A stretch of 64,000 bases of DNA, from assembly GCA_026770705.1 (NCBI GenBank), contig JANJGN010000004.1:172794001-172858000 (forward strand). The letters run 5' to 3'. The stretch's first letter is position 1. The number at the start of each line of letters is the position of its first letter. The notes under the pieces were generated by a model that was given only the letters and a program-made list of their open reading frames with translations, did no database searches and was not told the origin of the DNA. Made by a program: the position numbers and the translations under genes. Below, piece by piece: positions 12,382-24,811 of this stretch. The stretch is from Isurus oxyrinchus (lineage: Eukaryota).

Positions 12382-14165
12382 AGTTCTATTCCAGAAAGCC
12401 AGTTGGTGAAGGATAGAACTAGTGCCAATTTCTATACACATCTATATATATTTAGAGTTACAAACACACAAGTCCTAACATAACAGCTACAGTTTCAGTC
12501 TGTGTTTAGTTATACAGGCTCAAATATTTAAGATCCTAAGATGTAGGAGCAGAAGTAGGCCATTCAGCCCAACGAGTCTGCTCCACCATTCAGTTAGACC
12601 AAAGCTGATATGATAATCTTCAACTCCACTTTCCTGCCTTTTCCCCATACTCCTCGATTCCCTTACTAATTAAAAATCTGTCCATCTCAGCCTTGAATAT
12701 ACATAACAACCAGACTCTATAGCCCTCTGCGGTAAAGAATTCCACAGATTCACTACCCTCTGAGAGAAGAAATTCCTCCTCATCTCCATCTTAAATGGGT
12801 AACCCCTTACTGTGAGATTATGTCCTCTGGTTCTGGACTCCCCCACAAGGGGAAACAACCTCTCAGCATCTACCTTGTCAAGCCCCCTAAAAATCTTGTA
12901 TGTTTCAATAAGGTCTCCTGTCATTCTTCTAAACTCCAATCAGTACAGGTCCAACCTACTCAATCTCTCCTCATAAGAAAATCCCTCCCTACCCGGGACA
13001 ACCTAGTGAAACTTCTCTGGACTGCCTCCAATGCCAGTATATCTTTCCTTGGATATGGGGGCCAAAACTGTTCACAGTATTCTAGGTCTGGTCTAACTAG
13101 TGCCTTGTATAGTTTTAGCAAGTTTTCCCTATTTTTATACTCCATTCCCTTTGAAATAAGGCCAACTTCCATTCATCTTCCCTATTACCTGCTGAACTTG
13201 TATGTTAGCTTTGTGGGATTCATCCACAAGGACCCCCAAATCCAGCTGTGCTGCAGCTTTCTTCAGTCCTTCTCCATTTAAGTAATATTCAGCTCCTCTA
13301 CTCTTCCTGCTAAAGTGCATAGCCTCAATTTCCCACATTATATTCCGTCTTTTCCCACTCACTTAACCTGTCTATATCCCTCTGTAGACTCCTGGTGTCA
13401 TCCTCACCACTTGCCTTCCCACCTATTTTTGTGTCATCCTCAAACTTGGCGATAGTACATTCACTTCCCTCATCCAGGCCATTAATATATATTGTAAATA
13501 ATATCCAGTTAATGCCCACTACCTACATGAAAATTAGTACAATTAATATCCAATTAACAGTTTCCCATCTCTCTCTTTAATCTAAACATTTAAGTAAATA
13601 GGCACAAACAAAATTTCAAAACAAATTAAATCAAAGGCCTCCATGTCCTGTCCAAAGAATTACGTTGTGAGACATCCCTTCTCTTGGACCCTGAACAACA
13701 TCTTCATACTCTGTAAAACAATTAGACAGTTGATGACTTGCATCCACCCATTTAATTTTAGAGGTTTTCCTTTATCTCCAGCATCTGTTTCAAGCCAGCA
13801 AGGTCAACCTGTAAACTTTTCTCACTCATGCTTCTCCTAGAGTGTATGTTGTCCCACAATGAATGATTATCTGCATAACATTGAATGGGTATACTACCAT
13901 CAGTGTGCCCCTTGAACAGAATCACACTGGAAATATTTGGAAAATATAATCCTATATCCACTGCCTGCAGAAGAGCCAGTTTTTCAGCAGCTGAAGTATT
14001 TTTAACAACCTTTTTTTAACCTCGCAAACTAAAGGAAATTATGAAACCAGCTGCATTAGAATATCCATCAGGGAGATTAGCACATGAAGCATCATGAAAA
14101 ATGAATAGTTTCATATTCTTTAGGTCACCTAAGGATGGGAACTATCTCCAGTTTTATTTTTTAAA
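12382..14165 (-). mobile_element. Ty1/Copia (GalEa-like) LTR retrotransposon 3' relic: RNase H, PPT, short 3' LTR split by a CR1
   Basis: Minus-strand translation 14140-13700 across frameshifts: FPSLGDLKNMKLFIFHDASCANLPDGYSNAAGFII / KVVKNTSAAEKLALLQAVDIGLY / CYADNHSLWDNIHSRRSMSEKSLQVDLAGLKQML / IKWVDASHQLSNCFT. Purine tract AAAGAGAGAGATGGGAAAC directly before TGTTAAT at 13559. LTR halves 13500-13559 and 12382-12530 match 55609-55787. Confidence 0.75.
12530..13500 (-). mobile_element. CR1 LINE 3' portion inserted in the Copia LTR
   Basis: ORFs 13325-13519 (IAKFEDDTKIGG), 12960-13172 ([15 protein letters not shown]), 12670-12939 (RRNFFSQRVVNLWNSLP). Confidence 0.9.
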
Positions 14166-14167
14166 AT

Positions 14168-14244
14168 ATATAATAAAAACAGAAAATGCTGGAAATACTT
14201 AGCAAGTCTGGCAGCAGCTGTAGAGAGAGAAAAGCAAAGTTAAT
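14168..14244 (-). mobile_element. Penelope pLTR tail fragment
   Basis: aataaaaacagaaaatgctggaaatacttagcaagtctggcagcagctgtagagagaga matches the 5640-5710 pLTR. Confidence 0.7.
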
Positions 14245-14670
14245 GGGCTGAACTTTCTCTTGATGTTACCAGTTATGGCGGTGGCTCCGGAATCGGCTGC
14301 CATTTCTGTTTGCTTCAGTCAGCCTGTGCACGGCGTCATGCGGCAGCCATTGAATTAAACAGCGCGAGGCACTGGGTCTGTCCAATCCCAGGTCTGAGGC
14401 GGCAACGTGGGCAGTGTGGTCAGCACCAATATATAAAGAGCTACCAGCATTGCATTCATTGCTGCCTGAACAAAGGACTTCTTCCTGTTCCTGTTGCCTT
14501 GGTTTGTCCTGTTCTTGATGACATGTGTGATGCTGCTATTGCTATTTAGCTCTCCTGCCACAGTTGCCTTGAGGCACCCGCTGCTTTTGTCTCGAATCAT
14601 CCTGCAACTGCTATTCCCCTCACTGAAGACTCAAAGTAACCAAGGAGCTCACTGAAAGGCAACACCAGTA

Positions 14671-16280
14671 ATGGCTAAGGAAGCAACTGAGGGCTCTACA
14701 GTTCAGTGATGCCTCCTTAGAGGTTCTCTTCCAGCTTGTAAGGACAAAGCAAGAGGTCCTCTTCCCAAGGAATAGCAGGAGGAGAGGGTCTTGATAACCA
14801 AGCCATATTGCATGGTGATTGCAGAAGTGGTCAGGAGCCATGGGGTAATCCCCAGAACCTGGATCCAGCGTCAATAGTTCATTCAGTCTGCCAAGGCTTT
14901 TCTGATATAACGTGAGAGGGTGCACTTGGTACCGAGGGATTGACCATGCAGTCAGTGGCAAAGGGGGCAGGCAGCATCATATCCTGTCAGAGGCGTGGCT
15001 GAACCTTGGTGAATGTCATCTGCCTGACTTGGCTGATCCCCATAAGTTCCCTCCAGTGTGGCCTTCTGCAGGTGAAATTAGTGTTCCCCTATCTTGGACC
15101 ACTGGGACCCGAGCAGCATAAGTGTTGCGCTAGTCTTCATGGGGAAAATAACTTCTTCCTTTCTGTGCTTGCAGGAGATGATGGCAACAACAATAAAGTG
15201 AAGACCAAAACCAGTGGAGAGGGGTGCCATACCTCCATATCCTCACCCCCATGGAGGTGGAGGCCTTGAAGTTAGTTGACCACCAGGGCAGCCATGTAAC
15301 TGCTGATGGTGAGATGGGAACGCCAAACCAAGAACATGAGTTAACAAATGTGGGTGAACAAGGGTGCATCTGGCACACAAGGCATAGTTGCCCATGTGAC
15401 CAATACTGGACACATGGAGTTTCACAGGGATGAGGAAATGGGAAGCCTTTAGCCCTTAAATTTTTATGTTTGCTCATGCAGGTCAGGGTTAAGCCGTGGC
15501 TCATAGAGCTTGAGAGACCGTGGACCAGCTGGCCACCTCTGAGGAGGAGGAGGGCTTGTCAAAGGGTGCAGTGTCCCTTCATTGCTCTGCATCCTCCACC
15601 AGCACTCTCCCGTTGGCGGGTCTGTACTCACAAGTAGATCACAAGATGGTGAGTGGAGAACAGACATGCCCAAGCACCTGACAGAGGCTGTGACAGCCAA
15701 GATCTCTGACAGCTGGACGATTATTGGACATCAGGCACATGCTGAGCCCTAGGCTGATGATGTGCTTCTGGGAGTCGGCCACAACACAACAACTGCTGCA
15801 GCTACAGCCAGAGGTGATGGAACATCTGGCAGAGCTTCCAGAGACAATGATGATAGAGGAGTGAAACCAGTCCATTCGTGCTGCCATGTCTCTGCAATAG
15901 TGCCTAACTTCCTCCATTGAGAGCCAGCACCTCTGGATGAATCAGTGATATCAGAGATGCCTGCAGAACAGCATACCATCGCCTTGGCCATATAACAAGG
16001 CAGCAGGGGCAAGGTCAGAGGGGGGCAAGGCACCTGAAGTCTTCAGGAGGTTCTCATCCAATTCAGGTGAGCAGGGAAGTAGAGGTGGGCTTTGCAAGGG
16101 CAGAAGAACGGCTGCCTTCTGTATCTGGGGGCCCCTCCTGGGATGCTCCTGGTGTGAACTGCAGCTCCTCAGCCCCTCTGCCAGTGGTATAATCACCTCA
16201 AAAAACCACAATGACACCTCATAGGAGAACTCATAAGTTCTCATAAGAGAAGAGCACCTGGTGCACTTGGGGCTCATGGT
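14671..16280 (+). pseudogene. Harbinger Myb/SANT-like gene relic
   Basis: RALQFSDASLEVLFQLVRTKQEVLFPRNSRRR...AEVVRSHGVIPRTWIQ. Second exon after ttgcag (about 15174) gives PYLHILTPMEVEALKL, homologous to the 19473 exon. Stops and frameshifts present; 3' limit approximate. Confidence 0.7.
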
Positions 16281-16579
16281 TGATTTTAATATCTAGATGT
16301 TAAGTTTCTTTTCTATTGTGTGCCTCAATAAATCTTTCACTCACTCTTCCTGCTTCTCATTATAATTCTTACCATCCTGTGAGATCTCACTACATTCTTG
16401 CACCCTCGGTGGACTGGAAGAGGTGGATTAGCACATGTCCATTCAGCTCCCCAGCCTTATCACTGTGTACTTTGCTGTGCCTCTGAGCGCTGGGCAATGG
16501 ATTGAAAATGAAGTGGACAAGAGCAGAATTAATTAAAAGTTGGGCTTTATCTGAATGTTTCTGAAAGGACACAAGGGAT

Positions 16580-17030
16580 CACAGTAATGGCCATGTAATT
16601 GGGCACGCTGAGTCTTCCTTGCATGTTCCTCATTGCACTTTGCCTATGCTCCAAGGGATTCCTCATTTCCCATCACCTGGCCAGCTGACCTCTCCATATC
16701 CTTATTGTTGGAGGAGACATCGCAATCAGCGATTTCCTCATTGTTCAACACTTCCCCCTCTGCAGTGCTAGGTTGTACAGTGCAAAGCTTACAACCACAA
16801 TACACGAGACCATCACTGGGGAATACTGAAGGGCACCACCACATCAGTCTTACCTTCTTGGAGCTGGACCTCTGTGTCCAGCTGCTCTTTCCTGTGGAGT
16901 GACATGTGGCTGAAGAGAAGGCAGCTGATGCTGCTGCTGGTATTGCTCCTGCTGCTCCCGGTACTATTAGTGTTGTTGGTGCTTCTCCCCTTGTTCTTCA
17001 TCAGTGATACAAGATAGAACTACATAAGCT
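16580..17030 (-). pseudogene. HARBI1-like transposase relic lacking the DDE core
   Basis: Q/E-rich N-terminus ...ERAAGHRGPAPRR joined directly to C-terminal CGGALQYSPVMVSCIVVVSFALYNLALQRGEVLNNEE. Confidence 0.7.
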
Positions 17031-17889
17031 ACTCCCTTGCTGCGGTGAATGCTGACTGCAGGTGAGCGCAGATCAAATTAAGTGAACTGCAAGACAGATG
17101 AACTGGCTTTCAGGAAGCTGACAATCACCTGCCAAGCAGTGAAAGCACTCTCTGGGATGAAGTGCAAGGAACAGCAGCCTCACACCTGGGGATGGCTGCA
17201 ACTCTGCAGTTTCAAAGTTAGAAGCCTTCCCGACCTGTCAGTTTCAGTGAAGTAGCTCCATTGGCTGTGCACTCACCCAGTTGACTCTGGCGAGTTGTTG
17301 ACAGCTCAGGAAATAGGGGTGCTGGCTGTTGAAGGTAAGAATGGTTGGATAAAACAACAGTAGATGGCCTATTTGCAAATGACAATTAATTTCCTGACAG
17401 CTCCAAGGGGATTCCTTGCTCACACCTGCCCAGGTGAATCCTAGAAGTGGACAAGATAATGTCAGAACCCTGACCTGACATTGCTTTTAGGGCATTTAAC
17501 TCCCCACATGCATCCGAGCCTGCCTCCCTTCGTAGTTAAGTTTCTGCCCCATGTCTTTCTTATTTTAAAAACCTTTTCCTTAATGGAACATAAACTAAGT
17601 CTTTCACCCTAATTTGAAACTCCCAGTCCCAGAACAGTCACTGTCATTTTTCTCTTGAGTCCACTCCAGTGAAGTTTGGGGGAAGGCATCTAAATTACCC
17701 ATAACATTGTAAAATGTACATTTGTTAATTGGTTATGCAGTGTTAAAGTAATCTGTTTTGACTTGTAATCAGATGCCTCTGGATAGTTCGTGCTCAGAGC
17801 ATTGTTTCAAATAAATGGCATGTTCCCTCTGGCAGCAGCTGCTTTAGAGCAACAGAATAAAATAGCAGAAGGAAGGAGGGGCTCCACCT

Positions 17890-18095
17890 ACTTTGAAAAA
17901 ATGTACCAGAGAGAAAGAGCTATTTGATATTAATAGCACAACTATGTCTATGTTGTTTATGCTTCAGCACCGACATCTGCCATCAGTTGCATATAGACCT
18001 GGAATCATGCTGCTTGGCTGCCACTGTATTAACTGTAGCTATGAAGGTCACTGCAGCTCAGAATATCTCTGCCACTGGTTCCTTCCAGAACAAAT
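17890..18095 (+). pseudogene. Old Harbinger transposase N-terminal fragment
   Basis: ORF 17924-18133 DICHQLHIDLE...TVAMKVTAAQNISATGSFQ matches the HARBI1-family HTH region (KVTxAL..xxGSFQ). Confidence 0.6.
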
Positions 18096-18934
18096 ACATG
18101 GGAGTGATTATACAGCCACATAACAGCCCATAATGCAAACTTCCTCCAAGAACTCACAGATATACTTCTAATGAAAGTTTCCAAATAACATCCATTTCTC
18201 AAGAAGGTGTGAGACAGCATGTAGCCACTCGATGGGTGTTCCTTTCCATTGCTGATTCCAAGTGCCCAATTTGCCATTCACCATATGTGTGGGATTAACA
18301 CAAACATGTGGAATCAATATACACCTAAAGGAGATTACCTTGTCAGAAAAGGGATCCATTCTATCAGATGGTTTTTCCATCTAAAATGGCATAATCTATG
18401 TGCATACTAAGTAGTCAATGCCAAGATGTGATGAATTTATTCTGTCCTAAAAGAATGTCAAATGAGAGATGACAGATTACAGCAAAGTTAATAGGCAGCA
18501 TTGGGCACTCATTCCTTAACTTGCACTCTTTAGTTTTTAATCCTAAGGTTCTTTTTCATAGGACAGTTAAAGGTGCATAAAAGATTAATCAACAAAGCTT
18601 CGTTAAGAACAAATCTCCAAGTCTTTCAGGGAACATAAGGCTTATAAAGTTATGATTTTTGGTACATAGGGCAGAATTTTGCCCTTGGCATGTGGGATTG
18701 GCAGGGGCGGGCGGGGGTGGTCAGGAAGCTGACCGCTGTCTGCGATTGGCAGCACTCCATGATTTTACGCAGGTGGGCTCAGCATGATACCTGGTTTTGG
18801 AATGAGCGCAAAGGGGTGGATGAGCGCATGATGTCTGCCGGGTCCAATGGCGACCTGGCAGCCAATTCAAATGTGGCCTCGCAGCCCCTGGAAGGCTACC
18901 ACCGAAGGACGCTGAAGTCTTGTCAACGGAGACC

Positions 18935-20716
18935 ATAGCGGGTGGACACAACAGGCAGGAGGGCAGGTCGGCCAGGCCATTGGCCCCGCATTTTTCGGAT
19001 GACTGCCTCGCGTCCCACCTGGAGGAGGTGGCGGTGAGGATAGAAGCCCTTGTCCCCAGAGATAGGAGGGGGACGCCCACCCCAGTTCACTAAAAAGGCC
19101 TGGGAGGAGGTGGCATCCAGGGTCAGCAGCCATGACGTGGTGAGACGCACATGGGTGCAGTGCCAGAAGTGCTTCAATGGTCTCCTGCGATTGGGAAGGG
19201 CAAGTACCCTGTTGGCATGGGTCACTCTGCAGAACAGTTAAGAGCTGCCCATTCCCCCGTGGATCTCAGAGGCGTTACAGTGTGAGTGCCAAATGTCAAT
19301 GAGGCAGGATCTGGCCAAGGGGGTGAGCCCTGGCTGCTTGGACTGAGTGCCTTGCGGCTCCAGGGTCATGAATCGGCTGAGTCCTGCACGGTATTCCTCC
19401 AGCGGCGTTGGCCAGGCTGCAATGGCACTGCAGATACAGAGTGGATTAATCCATGCTCCACTGTCTTTTCAGGAGAAAACATCCCATAACAATATTGGGA
19501 GGTCGTGGACAGGCAGAGGGCCCCCATACCTCCTTACCCTCACGCGGTTCGAGCAGGAGGCCTTGGAGCTGGAGCGGTGCCATGCACCTTGGTCAACTGG
19601 CCGCGGTGAGGTTAGAGTGCCAGAGGAAGGAAGGAGTGCAGTGCACTGAGGTGAGGACGTTCATTATTTCAATCATTCTAGGGTAGTCATTATATTGATG
19701 TGAGTCTCGAACCTGGAAACCCCATTGAAAATGGAAAGACAATGGCACCATGATGCATACCTCTGTCTTGTCATAGTGCCAGGCATGCACAGTGACAGTG
19801 TCATGACTTAACTAATGACATGTCTTTCTTCTCTGACACTGACCCCTGAGGACCACCATGCTCATCACGCGCCTGCGTCACACCCTCTCTGTCAAGCAGG
19901 CACCAGCGCAGATACCAGCATCTCGGTGGGCATAACATCGCTGTGCTGTCCAGAATTTCGGTACACATTGGTGAGGGCATTTCATACTCACTTGAGGTGC
20001 AGGTGGAGGCAGAGAGTGCCCAGGGTGCCAGCAGTCGAAGGATCAAGACAATGCTCAGTCGATGGCTCATGATAGGCCTCTGGAGTCGTCCATGAGGCAG
20101 CAGATGCTGGAAGTCCAGCAGGATGTCTGGGAGGATCTGGCGCAGATCCGTGAGGGAATACGCGCCATGGAGTCCATTGTGAGGAGCAGAAGCACTGTGT
20201 TGACCCTCATGGCCAAGCGCACTGCCTCCATCGTGGTGAGGGTGGTGACTGTCATGGGGAGGACGTGCTCGGACCTGCAAGCCCTCACAGCGGCAATGAC
20301 CTCAGCTGGTCAGTGTCCATGTGGGAGATGGATTGGGCACCCAGTATCCCAGCTGGGTGCCCGTCTATCAATGGTGAGCAGGGAGGTTCAATGCGACCTG
20401 ACGTTGGCGCATGAGCTGCTTGTCATCTTTGTGGGCTCCTCTCAGGGCACTCTGGATGAGGGCAGTAGTTTCTCCACCACTTTGCCAGTGACCGTGGCAC
20501 TTGGTGAGACTGTGGTGACTGGGGAGATGCCAGCCATGGCACTGGCTGCTCCCTTCCTGTTTGGGGTCAGCACAGGCTCCACAGGCTACAGGACATCCGC
20601 CAAGGTCATCAAGGCCAACAAGATGGCAGGGAGAGCAGGCTGTCTCCAACGCCGGTGTCAGTGAGGGGGGAGCACCTAGATGTAGCACCCGCAAGCGAAA
20701 GCTCAAAGCACCTTAA
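18935..20716 (+). pseudogene. Harbinger Myb/SANT-like DNA-binding protein gene (spliced, disrupted)
   Basis: Exon 1 APHFSDDCLASHLEEV / RPPQFTKKAWEEVASRVSSHDVVRRTWVQCQKCFNGLLR to about 19199. Acceptor ttttcag then exon 2 from 19473, EKTSHN...TGRGPPYLLTLTRFEQEALEL. Coiled-coil-like ORF 20062-20664. Basic tail STRKRKLKAP-stop at 20716. Confidence 0.82.
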
Positions 20717-21046
20717 GCACAACATGGCCTTATCGTGGGTTATATTTGGTTCCCCGGTTTTTCTTTACTTTTTTTATGGCGTAATGGAAAATACTGGTTA
20801 ACTTTAATTTCTGCATTGTTTGACGTTCACAAGTAAATGAGACGTTATTTTGTGCAATTGTTCTCTGTTATGCTTCATTTGTTCTGTAGGTACAGGGTAG
20901 GCCATGATGTTATGATGGACAGGTGTCTCCTGAAACTTTATTGCAAAGACACAGAGTGTATGTTGTTGACCAAGGAACTGGTCCTATCTAGGATCGAGAA
21001 TGGAGCCTGCAGCCCTGGCATGTGGTCGTGGTTCTTATTTAGCAGT

Positions 21047-22271
21047 CTAGCTGAAGGAGCGTTGGATCAAAGCATCCCAGGTGTCCCTGCCTCCCTGAAG
21101 GTTACACAGGTCAGTGTCTATGCCCTCAGCATTCCCCTCACCGTGCTCATCCTCAGACTCATTACTGGACTCATCATCTGTTGCCTGTGCAGCTCATCAA
21201 GATCTTCTTCCTCCAGTGTGTCCTCCCTTGCCAGTGCCAGATTGTGGTGAGCGATACATGCCACCACAATCAGTGACACACGATCTGGGGGGGTATTGGA
21301 GTGTGCCCCCTGAATGGTCCAGGCATCAGAAGCGCATCTTGAGAAGGCCTATTGTTCTCTCTACTACCGCCCGTGTGGAGACGTGGCTCCTGTTGTACCG
21401 CTGCTCGGCCTCTGTTCTTGGATGGTGGAGAGGTGTCATGAACCACCTTTTGAGGGGATAGCCCTTGTCACCCAGCAGCCATCCATCCAGCTGGGCTGGA
21501 GCACTGAAGAGCCTTGGTGCCTCAGGATGTAAGCATCATGGGAGCTGCCTGGGTACCTTGCACAGACTTGTAGAATCAGCATCCTGTGATCACACACTAT
21601 CTGCACGTTCATGGAGTGGAAGCCCTTCCTGTTGACAAAGGCACCGGGCTCATCTGCTGGTGCCTTGATGGCCACAAGTATGTAGTCGATTGCACCCTGG
21701 ATGGGGGGGAACCCAGCAATCGTGGCAAAGTCTCTGGCTCGCAGTGTCTGGTTGCCCTCGTCCATTCAGTAGTGAATGAAAGTCAATGCATATCTGAACA
21801 GAGTGTCTGTCACCTGCTTGATGCAACTGTGGACAGCTGATTGGGACACTCCACAACGATCCCTCGCTGACCCCTGGAAAGAGCCGGAGGCATACAAGTT
21901 GAAGGCCACTGTGACCTACAGAGCCACTGGCATTGGGTGCCCACCCGCACAGTCGGAGCTGATCTCAGGGCATTTCCTCTGACAGATGAATTTTACTGTC
22001 TTCCTTGAGAGATGGAGCCTCCTTCAGCATTGCACCTCAGACCTATTGAGGTAGCTGCATTGCCACCTGTACACCCTGGCAGCAGGATAGTGACATCTTC
22101 TGTGGCCCCTTCCACCTTGGACTTCCTGTTGGTCCTGCGCCCCTTGTGTCTGCACCTCTCCTCCCACTAGTTGCTGCCCTGGAAGTTGAATAGGGAACCT
22201 GGCCTCCTCCCCCTTCTGGCCCTCTCTTCCCCCTCAGAGGAGGTACCTCCAGTGGAGAGTACAATCTCCAT
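21047..22271 (-). pseudogene. HARBI1-like DDE transposase (about 400 codons, frameshifted)
   Basis: ATG at 22271. ORF 21436-21765 has GFPPIQGAIDY, NRKGFHSMNVQIVCD and [12 protein letters not shown]. Then in another frame [25 protein letters not shown], ending ALIQRSFS-stop at 21047. Confidence 0.92.
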
Positions 22272-24811
22272 TCCCAGGGTAAGGGAAGGCTGTCTGATAC
22301 CTGGAAGGGCCCACGTGGTGTGAATCCTCAGGAGGCCTGGAAAGCAACACTGAGTCCTGAACTGAAGCCTCGAAATTCTCTGAATGCAACTCTGAAGTGA
22401 GATGATGCTGTCCTGTTCATAGCAGCGCCAGCAGCAAGTGGCATCCTGCACTCCTCACTAATCATTTTGACAAGGTCACTAACCCCTCTTATCCTGCCTG
22501 TGGATGAGGTTTTGCAAATTGTGGCCTGCCCGCCTGCCTGTTTTGCCCGTGTGACGGCCTAAAAATTGCAAGGGCTACTTAAACTCGGAGACAATTGGTA
22601 TCTCAAGGGCCTTAACAGGCCACTTAATTAATGGCGGGGCACGCCTCCGACTCCATCGCTTGCCCACCTAGCAAGATATTGCTAGGGTGCGCACTGACGT
22701 CGGCATGCTCAGCCAACGTCATCGCACTTTATTTAACGCTCGAGCCAGTCGGGTGCGAGCCCGAGCTAAAAGTTCTGTCTGACGGAAGGAACATAGGAAG
22801 CAGAAGAGGACATTCAGCCCCTTGTGCCTGAACCACCATTCAGTTAGATCATGGGTAATCTGTATCGGGCAAATAAATGGTTCCATATTGTTTGATGCCC
22901 TTGTCTAACAAAACAATATTAGTAGAAAGCTCATTCATTTTGGTTAAATTGCACTAACATTGCCTGCAATACAGGCCACATCCTGCTTTTTCAATCGGTA
23001 CAGTAGTAGCTTGGGACATCTGAACTGTGTTCCTGTTTGAAAGGCAAAATGGTTTTGTAAGCTTTTCCCACTAGTAAATGTTGAACTGAACCAGAATAAG
23101 AGAACAGGATCAAAAATGAAGGAAACTAAAATTTAAATGCAATGTTAAAGAGTGTATATTTGGTGTTGTCTTTTTAATTCAGGAATATATCCATTTTCCT
23201 TGTGAATGCTTCAGTTGACTTCAAATTCAATGCTGTTTTCCTCCAGCTAGCAGAAGTTTAACTGAAGTAGACAAAAATTAGGATGGATAGCTAACTCCTT
23301 GGGGTTACGAGGATATAATGCGTGTTGCAAAGATGGGAGGCTGAGATGCTCCAAATGTTTATTTGTTCTGATCAACTTTCCTTCCATTTCTTTATTAATG
23401 TGTCCCAATTTTTTTCCTTTGCCTTTTTAGTTGCCACAGCCTTTCATCATTCCCACCATTTATTTCTTCAAAATAATATTTATTACCCATACTCTGTAGT
23501 GTGGTCAAAAGCACACAATAACACTTAAAATGGTTTTACCTAGGCTGAGGTTTGTGTGGGTGACAGATACTGACACCTGCACTGCCATTCTAGCCTTAAT
23601 CCCCAACAATGAATGCATATACCAGCCTAGAACCCTCCCAGCAGGTTTTCCAGCTGAAATAGGAATGCTAAAGGATCCATGTGAGGAATAGAATTAATAT
23701 TACTTCTATGAAAGAGCATGCAAACCAAGAACCAAAGATACACTAAAAAGCACCCAAGCAATAATACTAATCAAATGGGTTCAGCAGCTTGATGTTCCAC
23801 TCTTAGCAGCAAGACTTGACATGCTGCCTGTTACAGATCATTTTTTAATTGGAATTAATCATTGCATTAGAACCTTAATGTTTTGCATGTGTTACCAGCT
23901 ACGATGGTATGGTGTGTGACACTTTCCCTAGGGGAAGGTTAATAACAGGGTAGGCAGTGCAAGACTTGTTAGGGATGGCAGCGAGCAGGTCATATAACAT
24001 CAGAAGTCATGTAGTCGGTACTTATGTAACTCACACGTATAATTTATTTTGATAGCAATGTTCAACTGTTTTGATTCTCTGCGACTCATCTTTGTGCATC
24101 TGGTCCTTATTGTCGCAAAATCTGATTGTGCTGGGCTATGTGTTTCTCAATATCACCTGTATCATGGCTGGTCCCACTGTGCGCTTAGTCCTCTCGGTTG
24201 TATCAGACCGCAGGAATAGTTTTTCTCGGGATTTGTTAACTAGCTGGTCCCAACTTGACTTCAATCATTTTTGATGTATTATATTTTATTGTATGTAAGG
24301 TATGACCAAATACTGCCATTGATTAGTCCACTTTGGATTGTTTTACAGATCCTTTGAAATCTAGTTGCATGAGAATGACTGCCCAAGCAGATTTGGAAGC
24401 TCAGCACTTCGTAAATCTCAGGGTTGCAGCAGAGGGTGGTGGGGGTTGGGGGTGGTGTGGCGGGGATTTGGTGGGGGGTGTGGTGGTGGTGGAGGAATGT
24501 TTGGCATTGTAATCAGGGCAGAGGGCCTCTTGTGGCCCCTGTCCTCTGGTCATCAGGTTGGCTTGGCAGGGAAACCATATTACACAAACCTCAAGTTAGA
24601 TTTTCGGTCAGTCCCCAATGATGCCGTTGGAGTCCAATCAGAAGGACCCAATGTCTTCCAGCAGGTGTCCCTCTCAATTGCTAAAATAGCAGCTTACAGA
24701 TTGTAACCCCGTTGGGGTGAAGGTGGGTGGGGGGGGGGGGGGGTAAGTGAGTGACACATTTCCATTTTCTTCTTACTCAAGCGGGTGATAAGAAAATTTC
24801 AGAAAGATAAG

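Larger units (their letters stand above)
14245..17549. mobile_element. Internally deleted PIF/Harbinger transposon
   Basis: TIR-like ends GGGCTGAACTTT / AAGTTTCTGCCC, flanks AAT/CAT. Carries a Myb-like relic (+) and a transposase N/C-terminal relic (-). Confidence 0.75.
18669..22780. mobile_element. Near full-length (4.1 kb) two-gene PIF/Harbinger transposon, inactivated
   Basis: Ends GGGCAGAATTTT / AAAAGTTCTGTCT. Convergent Myb-like and transposase genes. Subterminal sequence shared with family A MITEs. TSD not preserved. Confidence 0.9.

Noticed and set aside
18158-18324. Minus-strand exon candidate (tttag acceptor, GTGAGT donor)
   Set aside because: All three frames hit a stop within the segment, and it adjoins Harbinger debris (a SAMERNTHRVAT stretch resembles the Myb-partner coiled region).
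21047-22271. Host HARBI1 gene (and NAIF1/MSANTD-like host gene at 18935-20716)
   Set aside because: Both lie inside TIRs in transposon configuration and carry frameshifts and stops, so they are transposon relics and not domesticated genes.
24720-24745. Poly-G / G-quadruplex tract
   Set aside because: Simple homopolymer within old repeat sequence; similar runs occur at 5428, 6617 and 44471 with no functional context.
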